DNA from: an uncultured Chloroflexia bacterium
Lineage (GTDB): Bacteria; Chloroflexota; Limnocylindria; QHBO01
Length of the DNA: 64,000 nt
Assembly (NCBI GenBank): GCA_963773405.1
Contig: CAVZAQ010000005.1
Coordinates: 133,113 to 197,112 of the forward strand
Reading direction: 5' to 3'
This document shows positions 39,594-51,600 of the stretch, one piece after another. The first letter of the stretch is position 1. Each line of letters begins with the position of its first letter. Under the pieces are notes generated by a model. The model was not told where the DNA came from. It worked only from the letters and a program-made list of their open reading frames with translations, and ran no database searches. A program made the position numbers and the translations under genes.

Positions 39594-42199
39594 ATGCGCC
39601 GGCAACGACTGACTGCCCTGCTCCTCGGCATCCTTGGCCTGGGGGTCCCCTTCCTCGTCGCGTGGCTGACGCGCCGCTCGGAGCAGCTCCTCGATGGCTC
39701 CGACCACGCCGGCCCGCGAAAGGACCCGCACCGCGGCCGGCGCCGGGTCCGCCGGCACGCCGGGCGGGCCCCAGCGGACGGCCGTCCTGGAACCGCATCC
39801 CCGCGGGGTCTTCGCCGCCATGGGCCGCTTCGACTATCGGTTCCGGCGGGTCCTGCCGATCCTGGGCCTGGTGGTCATGATCGGCGCCAACGTGTGGGCC
39901 AACGCGGATGGCGGCAAGCTCATCCAGGGCGGCTGGGTGATCACCGGATCCGAGGAGCAGCAGGCGGCGGCGCTCCTCGCGAACCGCTTCGGCGAGCAGG
40001 CCACCACGCTGATCGTCGTCTACACCGACCCCAACGGGAATGCCGCGGCCGATGCCTTCCAGGCCAAGGTCAAGGCGAGCCTGACCGATGTCGCCACCGA
40101 CCCGATCGTCACCGGGATCCTGACCTACGCCGACACCCAGGCGGCCCAGCTCCTGAGCCGGGACGGGACCCGCACCCTGGCGGTGGTCTCGCTCGACAAG
40201 CCGGTGGAGTCCGCCGTCGAGGACGCCGCCCGGCTCTCGTCGGAGGTCCATGCCCCGGTCGGCGTGACGGCGCAGATCACCGGGGTGCCGCAGCTCTACC
40301 ACGAGTTCAACCAGAAGATCGAGCACGACCTGGTGCAGGCCGAGGTGATCAGCCTGCCCCTTGCCCTCCTCATCCTGCTCGCGGTGTTCGGGACACTGGT
40401 CGCTGCCGGCCTGCCGCTCCTCATCGCCGGCCTTGCGCTGCCCACGGCCTTCGCCGTGATCCGGCTGCTGGCCGGTGTCGTGGACATGAGCGTCTTCGTC
40501 AACAACCTGGCGAGCATGATCGGCCTGGCGCTCGCGATCGACTACTCGCTCTTCCTGGTGAGCCGATTCCGCGAGGAGCTGCGCCACCACTCGGTCGAGA
40601 TCGCGATCGAGCGGATGATGGGCAGCGTGGGCAAGGCGGTCGCCATCTCCGGCGTGGCCGTCGCGATTGGCCTCTCGTCGCTCACCGTGTTCCAGGCCGC
40701 GCGCGCTTCGATCGATGGGGATCGCGGGGGTCGTGACCGTGCTCTCGACCCTGCTCTTCGGGCTGACCGTGCTTCCCGCCATCCTGGGGATGCTCGGCCC
40801 GCGCGTGAACCGTCTGCGCGTCCCGCTGCCGCACCTCTTCACCCTCCAGGACGATGATCCGGATGTCGCCGCCTCGCGCCAGGGCCACGGCGTCTGGCGC
40901 TGGATCGCCGGACGGGTCATGCGGCGCCCCTTCCTGATCGCGATCCCGGTGCTGGCGCTCCTCCTCCTTGCCGGGTCGCCGTTCCTCTCGCTCTCCCTGT
41001 CGACCGGCCAGAACCTCGAGGACCTGCCCGACACGCCGGCCCGGCAGGCGTTCACGGTCATCGTCAACGACTTCCCCGGCGGCGAGAGCGACCCGGTGAC
41101 CGTCGCCGTCACCTGGCCCGGGACGAACCTCGACGGCTCGCTGGACCCGCAGCGGCAGGCCGCGCTGGGCGCCTACATCGGCCGGCTGAAGGCGATCAGC
41201 GGCGTGCAGGAGGTCGAGTCGGCCCTGGCGCCGCCCGGCGGCATGAGCGCGACACAGTACGCACAGCTCCTCGCCGCTCCGCCCGACCAGCGACCTGCCG
41301 CTGCCGCCGGGGTCACGGCCTACCTGAAGGACCTCATTGCCCAGGACACCACCAAGGTGACCGTCTTCTCGAAGCTGCTCCCGGACTCCGACGCCGGTCG
41401 CGCCCTGGTCGCCGATATCCGGGCCGCGCAGCCGCCGGCCGGCGCACAGGTGCTCACCGGCGGGCTGCCGTCGCGCTCAGAGGATTTCATGAACAGCTTC
41501 TGGCACTCGGTGCCAATCGCGATCCTCATCGTGGTGCTCGTCACCGGCGCCGTGCTGTTCCTGACCTTCGGGTCCATCTTCCTGCCGGTGAAGGCCGTGC
41601 TCATGAGCCTGATCAGCATCAGCGCCAGCTTCGGCGCCCTCGTCTTCGTCTTCCAGCAGGGCCATCTCTCCGGCGTGCTGGGCTTCGAGCCGTCCGGGGC
41701 GATCGCGGCCTGGTTGCCGCTCATCATGTTCGCGATCCTGTTCGGGCTCTCCATGGACTACGAGGTGCTCCTCCTTTCGCGGATCCGCGAGCGGTACCTC
41801 GCGACCGGTGACAACACCCGGGCCGTGGCCGAGGGGATCGGCATCACCGGCGGGATCATCACCGGGGCCGCGCTGATCATGGTCGCCGTCTTCGCCGCCT
41901 TCGGCCTGTCGAGCATCACCTTCCTCAAGGCCCTGGGCCTGACCATGGCCCTCGCGGTGCTCATCGACGCGACCATCGTCCGCGGGCTGCTGGTCCCGGC
42001 CTTCATGCGCGTGATGGGGCGCGACAACTGGTGGGCGCCGCGCTGGGTGCAGCGTGCGGTCGCCCGGGTGGGGCTCTACGAGGACGTGGACGACGTGCGC
42101 CATCTGCGCCCCGCAGCAGGCGAGCCACGGTTCGCTGACTCGGGTTGGTCTCACGGGCGACTCAGGAGGTCTCGCCGGACGCTAGGCTCTGCGCCATGA
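39594..42199 (+). CDS. MMPL family (RND superfamily) transporter; indels near 39690 and 40700
   Basis: AEVISLPLALLILLAVFG, GLALAIDYSLFLVSRFREEL, FGLSMDYEVLLLSRIRE, DATIVRGLLVPAFM, NWWAP. ATG 39594 follows a GGGAGAG RBS. Both ends are approximate. Confidence 0.9.
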
Positions 42200-42499
42200 C
42201 CCGCGATGAGCAGCTGGCTCGCCTCACCGAGCGCTGGAGGGCGCGGCATGCCGACCGGCGCCGCGAGCGCGAGGCGGCCGGACGCGAGCGCGAGGCAGCG
42301 GACCCCGAGCGCACGGAGCGAGCCCGGCGCGTCCTTTCCCTACCGGGCGGTCACCCCGCAGGCCTATGTCGCCAGCCATCGATCGGCGATGACGGCCTAC
42401 ACCTACGACGACTACGCGTATCCCGATCCCGAGCTGCAGGGGTGGCTCGACGAGGTCGGGCGCCTGCTGCGCGCCGGGCCCACGGTGCATCGTCGATGA
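42196..42499 (+). CDS. small hypothetical protein; indel near 42330
   Basis: MTRDEQLARLTERWRARH... joined to FPYRAVTPQAYVASH...YTYDDYAYPDPELQGWLDEVGRLLR. TAGGCT lies 7 nt upstream of the ATG. Confidence 0.65.
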
Positions 42500-43197
42500 G
42501 GAGCGGATCCGCGCCGGCCTGGGCGCGAGGCCTGGTGCTGGCGGTCTGCTCTGAGGCAGGGGCACCGCCTCCCACCGTCCTTCGCTGGCGGCGCGCGGTG
42601 CGCGAGGCCTCGTCCGGCCTGGCCAACCTCCGCGCGGGCTCCATAGCCGTGACGGCCGGGACCGATCCGGCCGACGCGCGGCACACCCTCCTGCACGAGC
42701 TCGCCCACTGGCTCACGCCGGAGGCGCCCACCCGTCGCGGCGGTCGCCGTTCGCGGACCGTGCACCACGGCACCGCGTTCTACGCGACCGCCCTTGCCCT
42801 CTTCGCGCGGTACGGTGACGGCATCGAGCCGGCCCTGCGACGCGAGGCGGGCCGCTACCCCAGCGTCCTGCGACACGCCGCTGCTGCGGGCATCGGCGAG
42901 GCGGCGCTCGTGGCCGCCGAGCGGCGGAGGGCCCGCATGGCCCACGGACCTGCCGCTCGCGGCGCGTGGCGCCTCCTGGTTCCGGAGCACGCGGTGACGC
43001 TCAGGCGCAGCGGACGCTGGTACGTCTGCGCGACCTGCGGCCACCGGCTCGTTGGCCGCACCCTGGCCCGGGCGGCCCGGCGCGGCCGACGCGAGCGTCA
43101 CGCGCTATGGACGCGGGCGCCGCGGGACGGATTCGCCGGGCCGCCGGCCGGCTCGATCGCCGGGCAGGAGATAGCCGGGCAGGAGATAGCCGGCTAG
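42496..43197 (+). CDS. SprT-like zinc metalloprotease-domain protein
   Basis: ATGA overlap with the upstream gene. TLLHELAH, then HHGTAF, then YVCATCG. Confidence 0.7.
   Translation: MRSGSAPAWARGLVLAVCSEAGAPPPTVLRWRRAVREASSGLANLRAGSIAVTAGTDPADARHTLLHELAHWLTPEAPTRRGGRRSRTVHHGTAFYATALALFARYGDGIEPALRREAGRYPSVLRHAAAAGIGEAALVAAERRRARMAHGPAARGAWRLLVPEHAVTLRRSGRWYVCATCGHRLVGRTLARAARRGRRERHALWTRAPRDGFAGPPAGSIAGQEIAGQEIAG
43159..43193 (+). repeat. 15-bp tandem repeat, about 2.3 copies
   Basis: GCCGGGCAGGAGATA x2 followed by GCCGG, encoding AGQEI-AGQEI-AG at the end of the SprT-like ORF. Confidence 0.85.
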
Positions 43198-44105
43198 GAT
43201 CCGCTCACGGCCCGGGCGAGCTTCGCCGCTTCGGCAAGAGCGGCCATCGCCTCCGGGGTCGACGGCGTGCATGCGGCGATCAGGTGGTCGATTCCCTCGT
43301 CAGCATAGGCACGCAGGCCCGGGGCGATCTCCTGCGGCGTTCCGCGATGTGCCCGAGCGGGCGGTTCGTCCCCGGGGCCCAGCAGGTGGGGAAAGACGAC
43401 GTTGATGCCGAGGGTGATGGTCATGGTCGCCGGATCGCGGCCGGCCTCCGCGAGCGCGGCGCGCATCGCGGCGACGCGGGGCTGCGACTCCGAGACGTCC
43501 CCAAACCAGGCGGCGTTCCATGCGTCCGCGTGCTCGGCGACCAGGCGCAGCATGCGCGGGCCCTTTCCGGCGATGAGGAGCGGCAAACCCTCCGGCCGCG
43601 GGCCGCGGGGAATGAGCAGCACGTCGTCGGCGACGTGGTAGCGACCACGGAAGTCGGCCTGCCCGGTGCGGAGCATGGGCGCGATGATCTGGAGCGCCTC
43701 CGCGAAGCGCGACACGCGGTGGTCGAACGGGATGCCGAACGCGTCGAACTCCGGCTCGTGCCAGCCCGCGCCGATCCCCAGGATCAGCCGGCCGCCGCTG
43801 ATCTCGTCGACCGTGGCGGCCATCTTGGCCAGGACGGCAGGGTTGCGGAACGGAACCGCCATGACCAGGGTGCCCAGGTCGACCCGCTCGGTGTCTGCGG
43901 CGAGTGCGGCGAGGATCGACCACGCCTCGTGGATGCCCGGTGGTCGTGCTCGCCGGGAAACCTGAAGAGCAGATGGTCGTAGACCCAGATGGAGTCCAGG
44001 CCACCCGCTTCCACCGCGCGGGCCACGGCGCGCAGCTCCGGCGTAGGACGCGGTGCGGCCGGCGAACTCGCCCTCGCCGATGGGCATGATGGCTCCGATC
44101 TTCAT
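43194..44105 (-). CDS. LLM-class (probably F420-dependent) oxidoreductase; indels near 44040 and 43940
   Basis: MKIGAIMP, GLDSIWVYDHLL, EAWSILAALA, FRNPAVLAKMAATVDEISGGRLILGIGAGW, GPRMLRLVAEHADAWN. Confidence 0.88.
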   Translation of the reverse strand: MKIGAIMPIGEGEFAGRTASYAGAARRGPRGGSGWPGLHLGLRPSALQVSRRARPPGIHEAWSILAALAADTERVDLGTLVMAVPFRNPAVLAKMAATVDEISGGRLILGIGAGWHEPEFDAFGIPFDHRVSRFAEALQIIAPMLRTGQADFRGRYHVADDVLLIPRGPRPEGLPLLIAGKGPRMLRLVAEHADAWNAAWFGDVSESQPRVAAMRAALAEAGRDPATMTITLGINVVFPHLLGPGDEPPARAHRGTPQEIAPGLRAYADEGIDHLIAACTPSTPEAMAALAEAAKLARAVSGS

Positions 44106-44317
44106 GCCGGCCATCGTAGCGGGCGGCGGCCGCGGAACGGCCTGCGCCCGCGCCCGGGAACGGTGCCGCCGGGCAACGGGGGCATATGCGGCTCGGGGCG
44201 AACATTGTCGAACGGGCCGGTCCTCGGGTCGCCAGCCGGTATCATCGGTCGCTGGTGAAGCGGCCCTTCCGCGGCCGCGACGGTTCGTGCCCAACCGGCA
44301 CCACGAAGGAGCGACGC

Positions 44318-44722
44318 GTGAAGATCGCTGACGTCGAGGGGATCGGCCGTGCCCAGGCCGAGAAGCTCAGCGCAGTGGGGGTGGTCAACGACGAGGATCT
44401 CCTGATCCGGGGGGCGACGCGCGCCGGCAGGCGCGAGCTCGCGGCGGCCACCGACATCCGCGAGCAGGTGATTCTCGGCTGGGTGAGCCGCGTCGAGCTC
44501 CTGCGTCTGGATGGCATCGGCCCGGAGCACGTCGAACCTCCTGGCCGCCGCCGGCGTCGACGGTACCGCGGAGCTCGCGCGTCGCGACGCCCGGCACCTC
44601 GCCGAGACGCTCGGCGAGCTGAGCCGGACCCGGGCGACCATGCGCGAGGCTCCGTTCGTCGGGCGAGGTGCCCGCTGGATCGAGACCGCGCGCGTCCTCG
44701 CCGAGCAGGGTCGAGCGACTGA
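44318..44722 (+). CDS. DUF4332-like helix-hairpin-helix protein; indel near 44540
   Basis: GAAGGAG RBS, VKIADVEGIG, LLRLDGIGPE, LLAAAGVD..ELARRD, WIETA. The end is approximate. Confidence 0.75.
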   Translation: MKIADVEGIGRAQAEKLSAVGVVNDEDLLIRGATRAGRRELAAATDIREQVILGWVSRVELLRLDGIGPEHVEPPGRRRRRRYRGARASRRPAPRRDARRAEPDPGDHARGSVRRARCPLDRDRARPRRAGSSD

Positions 44723-44726
44723 TCGC

Positions 44727-45657
44727 TCAGCGACCGGCGAGAGATTCGACGACCGGGGCCATCGTGCTCCATCAGTCGCGTCCGCCAGACGTAATAGCTG
44801 ATCCCGAGCTGCTCCCGGCGACGGAGGAGCAGCTCGCGGACCTGGGCGACACTTCCGTACAGGACGTACGGCGACCCTCCGATCACGCGCGGCGCGACGG
44901 ACTTCACGGCATTGAGCGCCGATCCGGGGATGCCCGTGCCGGATCCGACCAGGCCGCCATCGGCTACCAGCACGTTGAGCTCCAGGCGATCGAACGCCTC
45001 CGCCGAACCCGCCGCCTCGCGGATGATCGCAACCTTGCGCGCGGTCTCCGCCACGCTCGCCTGGCTGAAGATGGGCCGGCCGCGCTCGTTGAACTGGGGC
45101 AGCAGACCCACGATGTCCGCCTCTCGCGCGGCGATGCGCAGGATCCGCTTCCCGCCGCCGCCGATCAGGATCGGGACCCGGGCCTGGATCGGCCGGGGCT
45201 CGAGCCGGGCCCCATCGAGGCGGTAGTGCGGGCCGGCGTGCGTGACGCGCTCACCGGCGAGGAGCCGCTTCACGAGGCCCAGCGACTCGACCATCCGGTC
45301 GATGCGCAGTCCTGGCCGGTCGTACGGCATGCCCAGCTGGCGATAGTCGGGAACGTGCCAGCCCGCCCCGAGGCCCAGCTCGACGCGTCCGCCGGACAGG
45401 TGGTCGAGGGTTGCCACCTCGCGCGCCAGGATCAGCGGATGCCGGTAGTCGTTGGCGTAGACGAAGGAGCCGATGCGCAGGCGGGTCGTCACCGCGGCCG
45501 CGGCGGCCAGGGCAGCCACCGGCGAGAGCTGGCGACCCGAGATGGTCGGGCATGACGAGGCTGTCGTAGCCAAGGGTCTCGGCGCGCCTGGCGAGCGACG
45601 TCCAGGCCTCGCCCGATGGCGCCCAGCTGGCGGTGACCCGAAGCGGAATGGATGCAC
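44727..45657 (-). CDS. F420-dependent LLM-class oxidoreductase (TIGR03621-like); indels
   Basis: VHPFRFG, ARRAETLGYDSLVMPDH, TTRLRIGSFVYANDYRHP, SGGRVELGLGAGW, IGGGGKRILRIAAREADIV, RREQLGISY. Confidence 0.85.
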
Positions 45658-45696
45658 CCCGCAACGGTAGCGCGCGGATGGTCCTACCATGCGCGA

Positions 45697-46211
45697 ATGG
45701 CACGACTCACGCCCCTCGGGGCTCTCCTGCGCGGCGCACTCGCCGGCGCCGTCGGCACCGCGGCCATGGATCTCACCGGGTTCGGGCGCTACAAGCGCGA
45801 GGGCGGCAAGAGCGGCCTCCTCGACTGGGAGCTTTCCCGCGGGGTGACCTGGGACGACGGCCGGCGCACCCGCCCAGGTCGGCCGTCGCGTCGTGGAGGG
45901 CATGTTCCAGACCACGTTGCCGGACGAGGTCGCGCCCACCGCGAACAACCTCGTCCACTGGGGCTACGGGATGGCGTGGGGCGCGCTGTTCGGGATCGTC
46001 GAGGGATCGCTGCGCCGGCCGCGCTCGGGCCACGGCCTGTCCGTTCGCGCTCGTCGTGTGGCTGAGCGGCTACGCGATCCTGCCCGCCATGAAGCTCTAC
46101 AAGCCCATCTGGGAGTACGAGCCGCAGGTCCTCTGGAAGGATCTCCAGGGCCACCTGTCGTACGGCTCGACCACGGCCGGGATCTTCAAGCTCCTTGCCG
46201 GCAGGGACTGA
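45697..46211 (+). CDS. hypothetical membrane protein (DUF1440-like); indels
   Basis: GALAGAVGTAAMD, NNLVHWGYGMAWGALFG, VWLSGYAILPAMKLYKPIWEY, HLSYG across three frames. Confidence 0.65.
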
Positions 46212-46448
46212 CGGGGGCCGCTCCGTGGGGCTAAGCCTGGCGGACGCACGCGGCTCCATCGGGGCCACTGGTCGTCGCCGGTGTGACGTTCGTTGAGTGA
46301 GCCGTTACCGGCCGCTCGCCCCCAGGATCCGATCGCCTCGTGGCCCACGAGGAGATGAGTCGCAACTGGTGCCCGGGGGGCTATCCTGCATCGGCGCGGC
46401 AGCCACCGGCGCCTGCAGGTCACGCCGGGGTCCGATAGCATGCGGCGC

Positions 46449-47386
46449 GTGAGCACGGCCCATGCGCCCGCGAATCCCGTCGTCGTCTCCGAGGTCCGCA
46501 AGGCATTCGGCCGCGTTCAGGCCGTGGACGGCGTCAGCTTCCACGTCGGCCCCGGCGAGATCTTCGGTCTGCTTGGACCGAACGGCGCGGGAAAGACCAC
46601 GACCGTGGAGATGCTCGAGGGGCTCACCCGGCCGGACAGCGGCGAGCTCACCGTCCTGGGCCTCGACGTTCGGCGGCATGCCGCGGAGATCAAGCGACGG
46701 ATCGGCGTGCAGCTCCAGACCGCGGCGCTCTACCCGCACCTCACCGTCGCGGAGCTGATCAGCCTCTTCGGCAGCTTCTACCCGCGCCGCGTTCCGGTCG
46801 AGCGCCTGATCGAGGAGCTGGGCCTGGGCGAGAAGCGCGACTCGCTGACGCGCACCCTGTCCGGCGGCCAGCAGCAGCGCCTCTCGGTGGCGCTGGCCCT
46901 CGTGAACGACCCCGAGCTCGTCTTCCTCGACGAGCCCACCACCGGCCTGGATCCCGCCGCCCGGCGCGCTCTGTGGGAGCTCATCGAAGGGATGAAGCGG
47001 CAGGGTCGCTCCGTGCTGATGACGACCCACTACATGGACGAGGCGGAGGCGCTCTGTGACCGGATCGCGATCATGGACCACGGAAAGATCCTGGACCATG
47101 GGACGGTGAACGAGCTGATCAGCCGCCGGTTCCACGAGCGCGCGGTCCAGTTCGAGGAGCTCGCCGGTCTCGACGATGGAGAGGCTGGCGGCGATCAACG
47201 GCGTAAGCAGCGTGCAGCACGAGGACGGCATCACGCTCCTGTTCACGGCCGACGTTCCCGCCACGATCGGCTCGCTGCTGGAGATGACCGAATCAATGGG
47301 CGTTGAGCCGCGCGGGCTGCTCGTGCGGCGCGCCATCGCTGGAGGACGTCTTCCTCGAGCTCACCGGCCGGGCGTTGCGGGACTGA
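46449..47386 (+). CDS. ABC transporter ATP-binding protein; indels near the 3' end
   Basis: GPNGAGKTT, LSGGQQQR, FLDEPTTG, TTHYMDEAE, terminal LEDVFLELTGRALRD. Confidence 0.9.
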
Positions 47387-47396
47387 GGAGGAGCCG

Positions 47397-48510
47397 ATGT
47401 CGGCGCTGCGCGCGCTCACCATCGCCAACATCCGCAGCTTCGTGCGCGACCGCGCCGCGCTGTTCTGGACGCTCGCCTTCCCGATCGTCTTCATCCTGCT
47501 CTTCGGGACCATCTTCTCCGGCGGGGGAGACACGAAGCTCAAGGTTGCCTGGGTCGACCAGGACGCGACATCGGCATCGGCGCAGCTGAAGTCCACGTTC
47601 GCGCAGGTGAGCCTGCTGGAGCTCAAGGACGAGCCGCTCGACGAGGCGCTGGCTGCCATGAAGCGCGGCGACCTCGACGCGGTTCTGGTCGTCCCGGCCG
47701 GCTACGGCGACGCGGTCGGGCGGGCGAGCGCCGGAAGCGGCAGCACGCCGCCGGGCAGCCGCTCTGGCGCTGACCCTGTACACCGACCCAGCCAGTCGAA
47801 CACCACCCAGACCCTGAGCGGCGTGGTCCAGAGCCTGGTCAGCGCCCAGAACCAGGCGCTCTCCGGCCAGCCGCCGGTGCTCGCGTCTCCGCGCAGGCGA
47901 TCCAGACCGAGCAGCTCAGCAGCGTCAGCTACTTCGTGCCATCCATCCTGGCCATGGCCCTCATGCAGCTGGGTATCTTCGCCGCCATCCCGCTGGTCCA
48001 GCAGCGCGAGAAGCTGATCCTCAAGCGGCTCAACGCGACGCCGCTGCCGCGCTGGACGCTGGTGGGCTCCAACGTTCTGATGCGCCTGGGCATCGCCGCT
48101 GTGCAGACCGTGCTGATCATGGCCATCGGGGTCGGCGTCTTCGGCGTGAAGCATCGCCGGCAGACCTGGCGGCCACGGTGGGCTTCGTGGCCCTGGGCGC
48201 GGTCACCTTCATCGCCCTGGGCTACGTCATCGCCTCCTTCGCGCGGACGGAGGAGGCGGCGAACGGGATGACCAGCATCGTCCAGTTCCCGCTGATGTTC
48301 CTCTCCGGGATCTTCTTCCCGCTGGCGTTCATGCCCGAATGGCTGCGTGGCGTGGCGACGGCGATGCCGCTCACCTACCTTGGCGACGCGCTCCGCCAGA
48401 CCATGGTGGGAGGCACGCCGTTCATGCCGCTCGGCGTGGATCTCCTGGTTCTCGTCGGCTGGCTGGCCGGGTGCCTGGCCATCTCTGCCCGCTTCTTCCG
48501 CTGGCAGTAG
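47397..48510 (+). CDS. ABC-2 type exporter permease with extracytoplasmic loop; indels
   Basis: GAGGAGGAG RBS. RDRAALFWTLAFP, REKLILKRLNATPL, PLMFLSGIFFP, MPLTYLGDALR, RFFRWQ. Confidence 0.85.
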
Positions 48511-48640
48511 ACCCGCATCCCGGGGGCAGCGCAAGCGAAGCCGCGGGTCACGGAGGATAATCAGGGTCCCGCGACTGGCGAGTTCGAGACCGGAATGGCC
48601 GAATGCGCCACCACCTCGATAGCCGATGGAGGGCCTCCAC

Positions 48641-51600
48641 GTGGACCAGCGCTACGAGTGCATGGACGGCAACGAGGCTGCGGCCCGTGTCGCCTACGCC
48701 GCCAGCGAAGTGATCTCGATCTATCCCGATCACGCCAGCCTCGCCGATGGCGGAGCACTGTGACGACTGGGCGGCGGCGGGTCGCCCGAACCTGTGGGGC
48801 AAGGTCCCCGACGTGGTCGAGATGCAGTCGGAGGCGGGGGCGGCCGGTGCGCTTCACGGCGCGCTCCAGAAGGGTGCCCTGGGAACGACGTTCACCGCGT
48901 CGCAGGGGCTCCTGCTCATGGTCCCGAACATGTTCAAGATCTGCGGCGAGCTGACGCCGACGGTGATCCACGTCGCCGCGCGCACCGTGGCGACCCACGC
49001 GCTGTCGATCTTCGGCGACCACAGCGACGTCATGCACGCGCGGACCACCGGCTGGGCCATGCTCGCCGCCGGCTCGGTCCAGGAGGCGCACGACTTCGCG
49101 CTCGTCGCGCACGCGGCCACGCTGCGGGCCCGGGTGCCGTTCCTGCATTTCTTCGACGGCTTCCGGACCTCCCACGAGGTCAACAAGATCGCGGTCCTCG
49201 AGGACGACGACATCCGGGCGCTGGTGCGCGACGAGGACGTGGTCGCCTTCCGCGCGCGCGGCATGACCCCGGACGCGCCTGTCGTGCGCGGCACGGCGCA
49301 GAACCCCGACGTCTTCTTCCAGGCGCGCGAGGCATCGAACCCGTTCCATCTCGCCGTCCCGGGCATCGTCGCCGAGGTGATGGACGAGCTCGCGGAGCGG
49401 ACCGGCCGGCGCTACGGGCTGGTCGACTACCACGGCGCGCCCGACGCGGACCGCGTCGTCGTCGCCATGGGCTCGGCCAACGGGGCGGTCGAGGAGACCG
49501 TCGACGCCCTCGTCGCGGCCGGTGAGCGCGTCGGCCTGCTGCGCGTCCGGCTCTTCCAGCCGTTTCCCACCGAGCAGATCATCGCCGCGCTGCCGTCCAC
49601 GGTGCGCTCGATCGCCGTGCTCGACCGCACGAAGGAGCCGGGCGCGGTCGGGGAGCCGCTCTACCTCGAGATGGTGGCGACCATCGCCGAGGCGATGGAC
49701 CGCGACGACCCGCCGTACGCGACGGCGCCGCGGGTCATCGGTGGCCGCTACGGGCTCTCATCGAAGGAGATGACTCCCTCGATGATCAAGCCGATCTTCG
49801 AGGAGCTCGCCGCGGCGCGACCCAAGCGCCACTTCACCGTTGGCATCTACGACGACGTGACCCATCTCAGCCTGCCCATCGACGCCGGGTTCCACCGCCC
49901 GCGCCCGGCCGGCGAGGTGCAGGCCGTCTTCTTCGGGCTCGGCTCGGACGGCACGGTGGGCGCCAACAAGGCGTCGGTGAAGATCATCGGCGAAAGCACG
50001 GACCTGTTCGCGCAGGGCTACTTCGTGTACGACTCCAAGAAGGCAGGATCGATCACCGTCTCGCACCTGCGCTTCGGACCGCAGCCCATCAACTCGACCT
50101 ACCTGGTCGAGGACGCCGACTTTGTCGCCTGCCACCAGTTCGGGCTGCTCGGCAAGACGAAGGTGCTCGAGCACGCGAAGCACGGGGCCACGTTCCTCCT
50201 GAACGCCCCGTATGGTCCGGACGAGGTGTGGGACCACCTGCCGGGCGCTGTCCAGCAGCAGCTCGTCGACAAGGAGATCGACTTCTGGGTGATCGACGCG
50301 GTCGCCGTCGCCGACCAGGCCGGCATGGGCAAACGGATCAACACCGTCATGCAGCCGTGCTTCTTCCAGCTGGCGGGCATCATCCCGGCGGACGAGGCGA
50401 TCAGCCCGCATCAAGGAGTTCGTCGAGAAGACGTACGCCAAGCGCGGTGAGGCCATCGTCCAGCGCAACTTCGTGGCGATCGACAGTTCGCTCGAGAACC
50501 TCGCCCACGTGACCCTCGGCGGCGTGAGCAGCGAGCTGCCGACCACCGTGCCCGTGCCGGTCGACGCGCCCGATTTCGTGGCCCGGGTCACGTCGCGCCT
50601 GATGGCCGGCGACGGGGATCTGCTGCCCGTGAGCGCTCTCCCCGTGGACGGGACCTTCCCCAGCGGGACGACGCAGTACGAGAAGCGCGCCATCGCCCTG
50701 GAGCTCCCGATCTGGGATCCGGAGATCTGCATCGACTGCGGCAAGTGCGCCATGGTCTGCCCCCACGCGACGATCCGCATGAAGGTCTTCCCGACCTCCG
50801 CCGTCGAGGCGGCGCCGGCCGGGTTCCTCCACAAGGAGTTCCGCTCGCGAGACCTGCCCGACCATCGGCTCACCATCCAGGTGGCGCCCGACGACTGCAC
50901 CGGCTGCGGCGTCTGCGTGGACATCTGCCCGGCCAAGAGCAAGACCGATACGAGCCACAAGGCGATCAACATGGAGCCGGTTGCGGAGCACCGCGACATC
51001 GAGCGGCCGCGCTGGGACTTCTTCCAGTCCATCCCGCCGCTGGATCGCGGCCTGATCGCCCACGACACGGTCAAGGGCAGCCAGGTCCTGGAGCCGCTCT
51101 TCGAGTTCTCGGGGGCATGCGCCGGCTGCGGAGAGACGCCGTACATCCGCCTCGTGACCCAGCTCTTCGGCGATCGGATGATCGTGGCCAACGCGACGGG
51201 CTGCTCCTCGATCTACGGCGCCAACCTGCCCACCACGCCGTGGACGGTCAACGCGATCGGCCGTGGACCGGCCTGGAACAACTCGCTCTTCGAGGACAAC
51301 GCGGAGTTCGGCCTGGGGATGCGCCTCGCGCTCGACGCCCAGACAGATCACGCCCGCCAGCTCCTCGAGCGCCTGGCTCCGCAGATCGGCAGGGATCTCG
51401 TCGACGGCCTCCTCGGCGCCACCCAGGAGACGGAGGCCGAGATCGAGCTCCAGCGGGAGCGGGTGGGCCGACTGCGCGAGGCGCTCGACGCCATCGACGG
51501 CCCCCTCGCCTCGGACGCCCGGCAGCTTCTCTCGGTCTGCGACGACCTCGTCCGGCGCGGGATCTGGATCATCGGCGGGGACGGCTGGGCCTACGACATC

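Noticed and set aside
44199-44213. LexA/SOS box upstream of the DUF4332 gene (CGAACATTGTCGAAC)
   Set aside because: It does not fit GAAC-N4-GTTC in spacing or in the right half-site.
46212-46435. Possible ncRNA in the ~220-nt intergenic gap (contains the palindrome CTCGTGGCCCACGAG)
   Set aside because: Only one short hairpin and no recognisable tRNA, riboswitch or sRNA signature, so there is not enough support.
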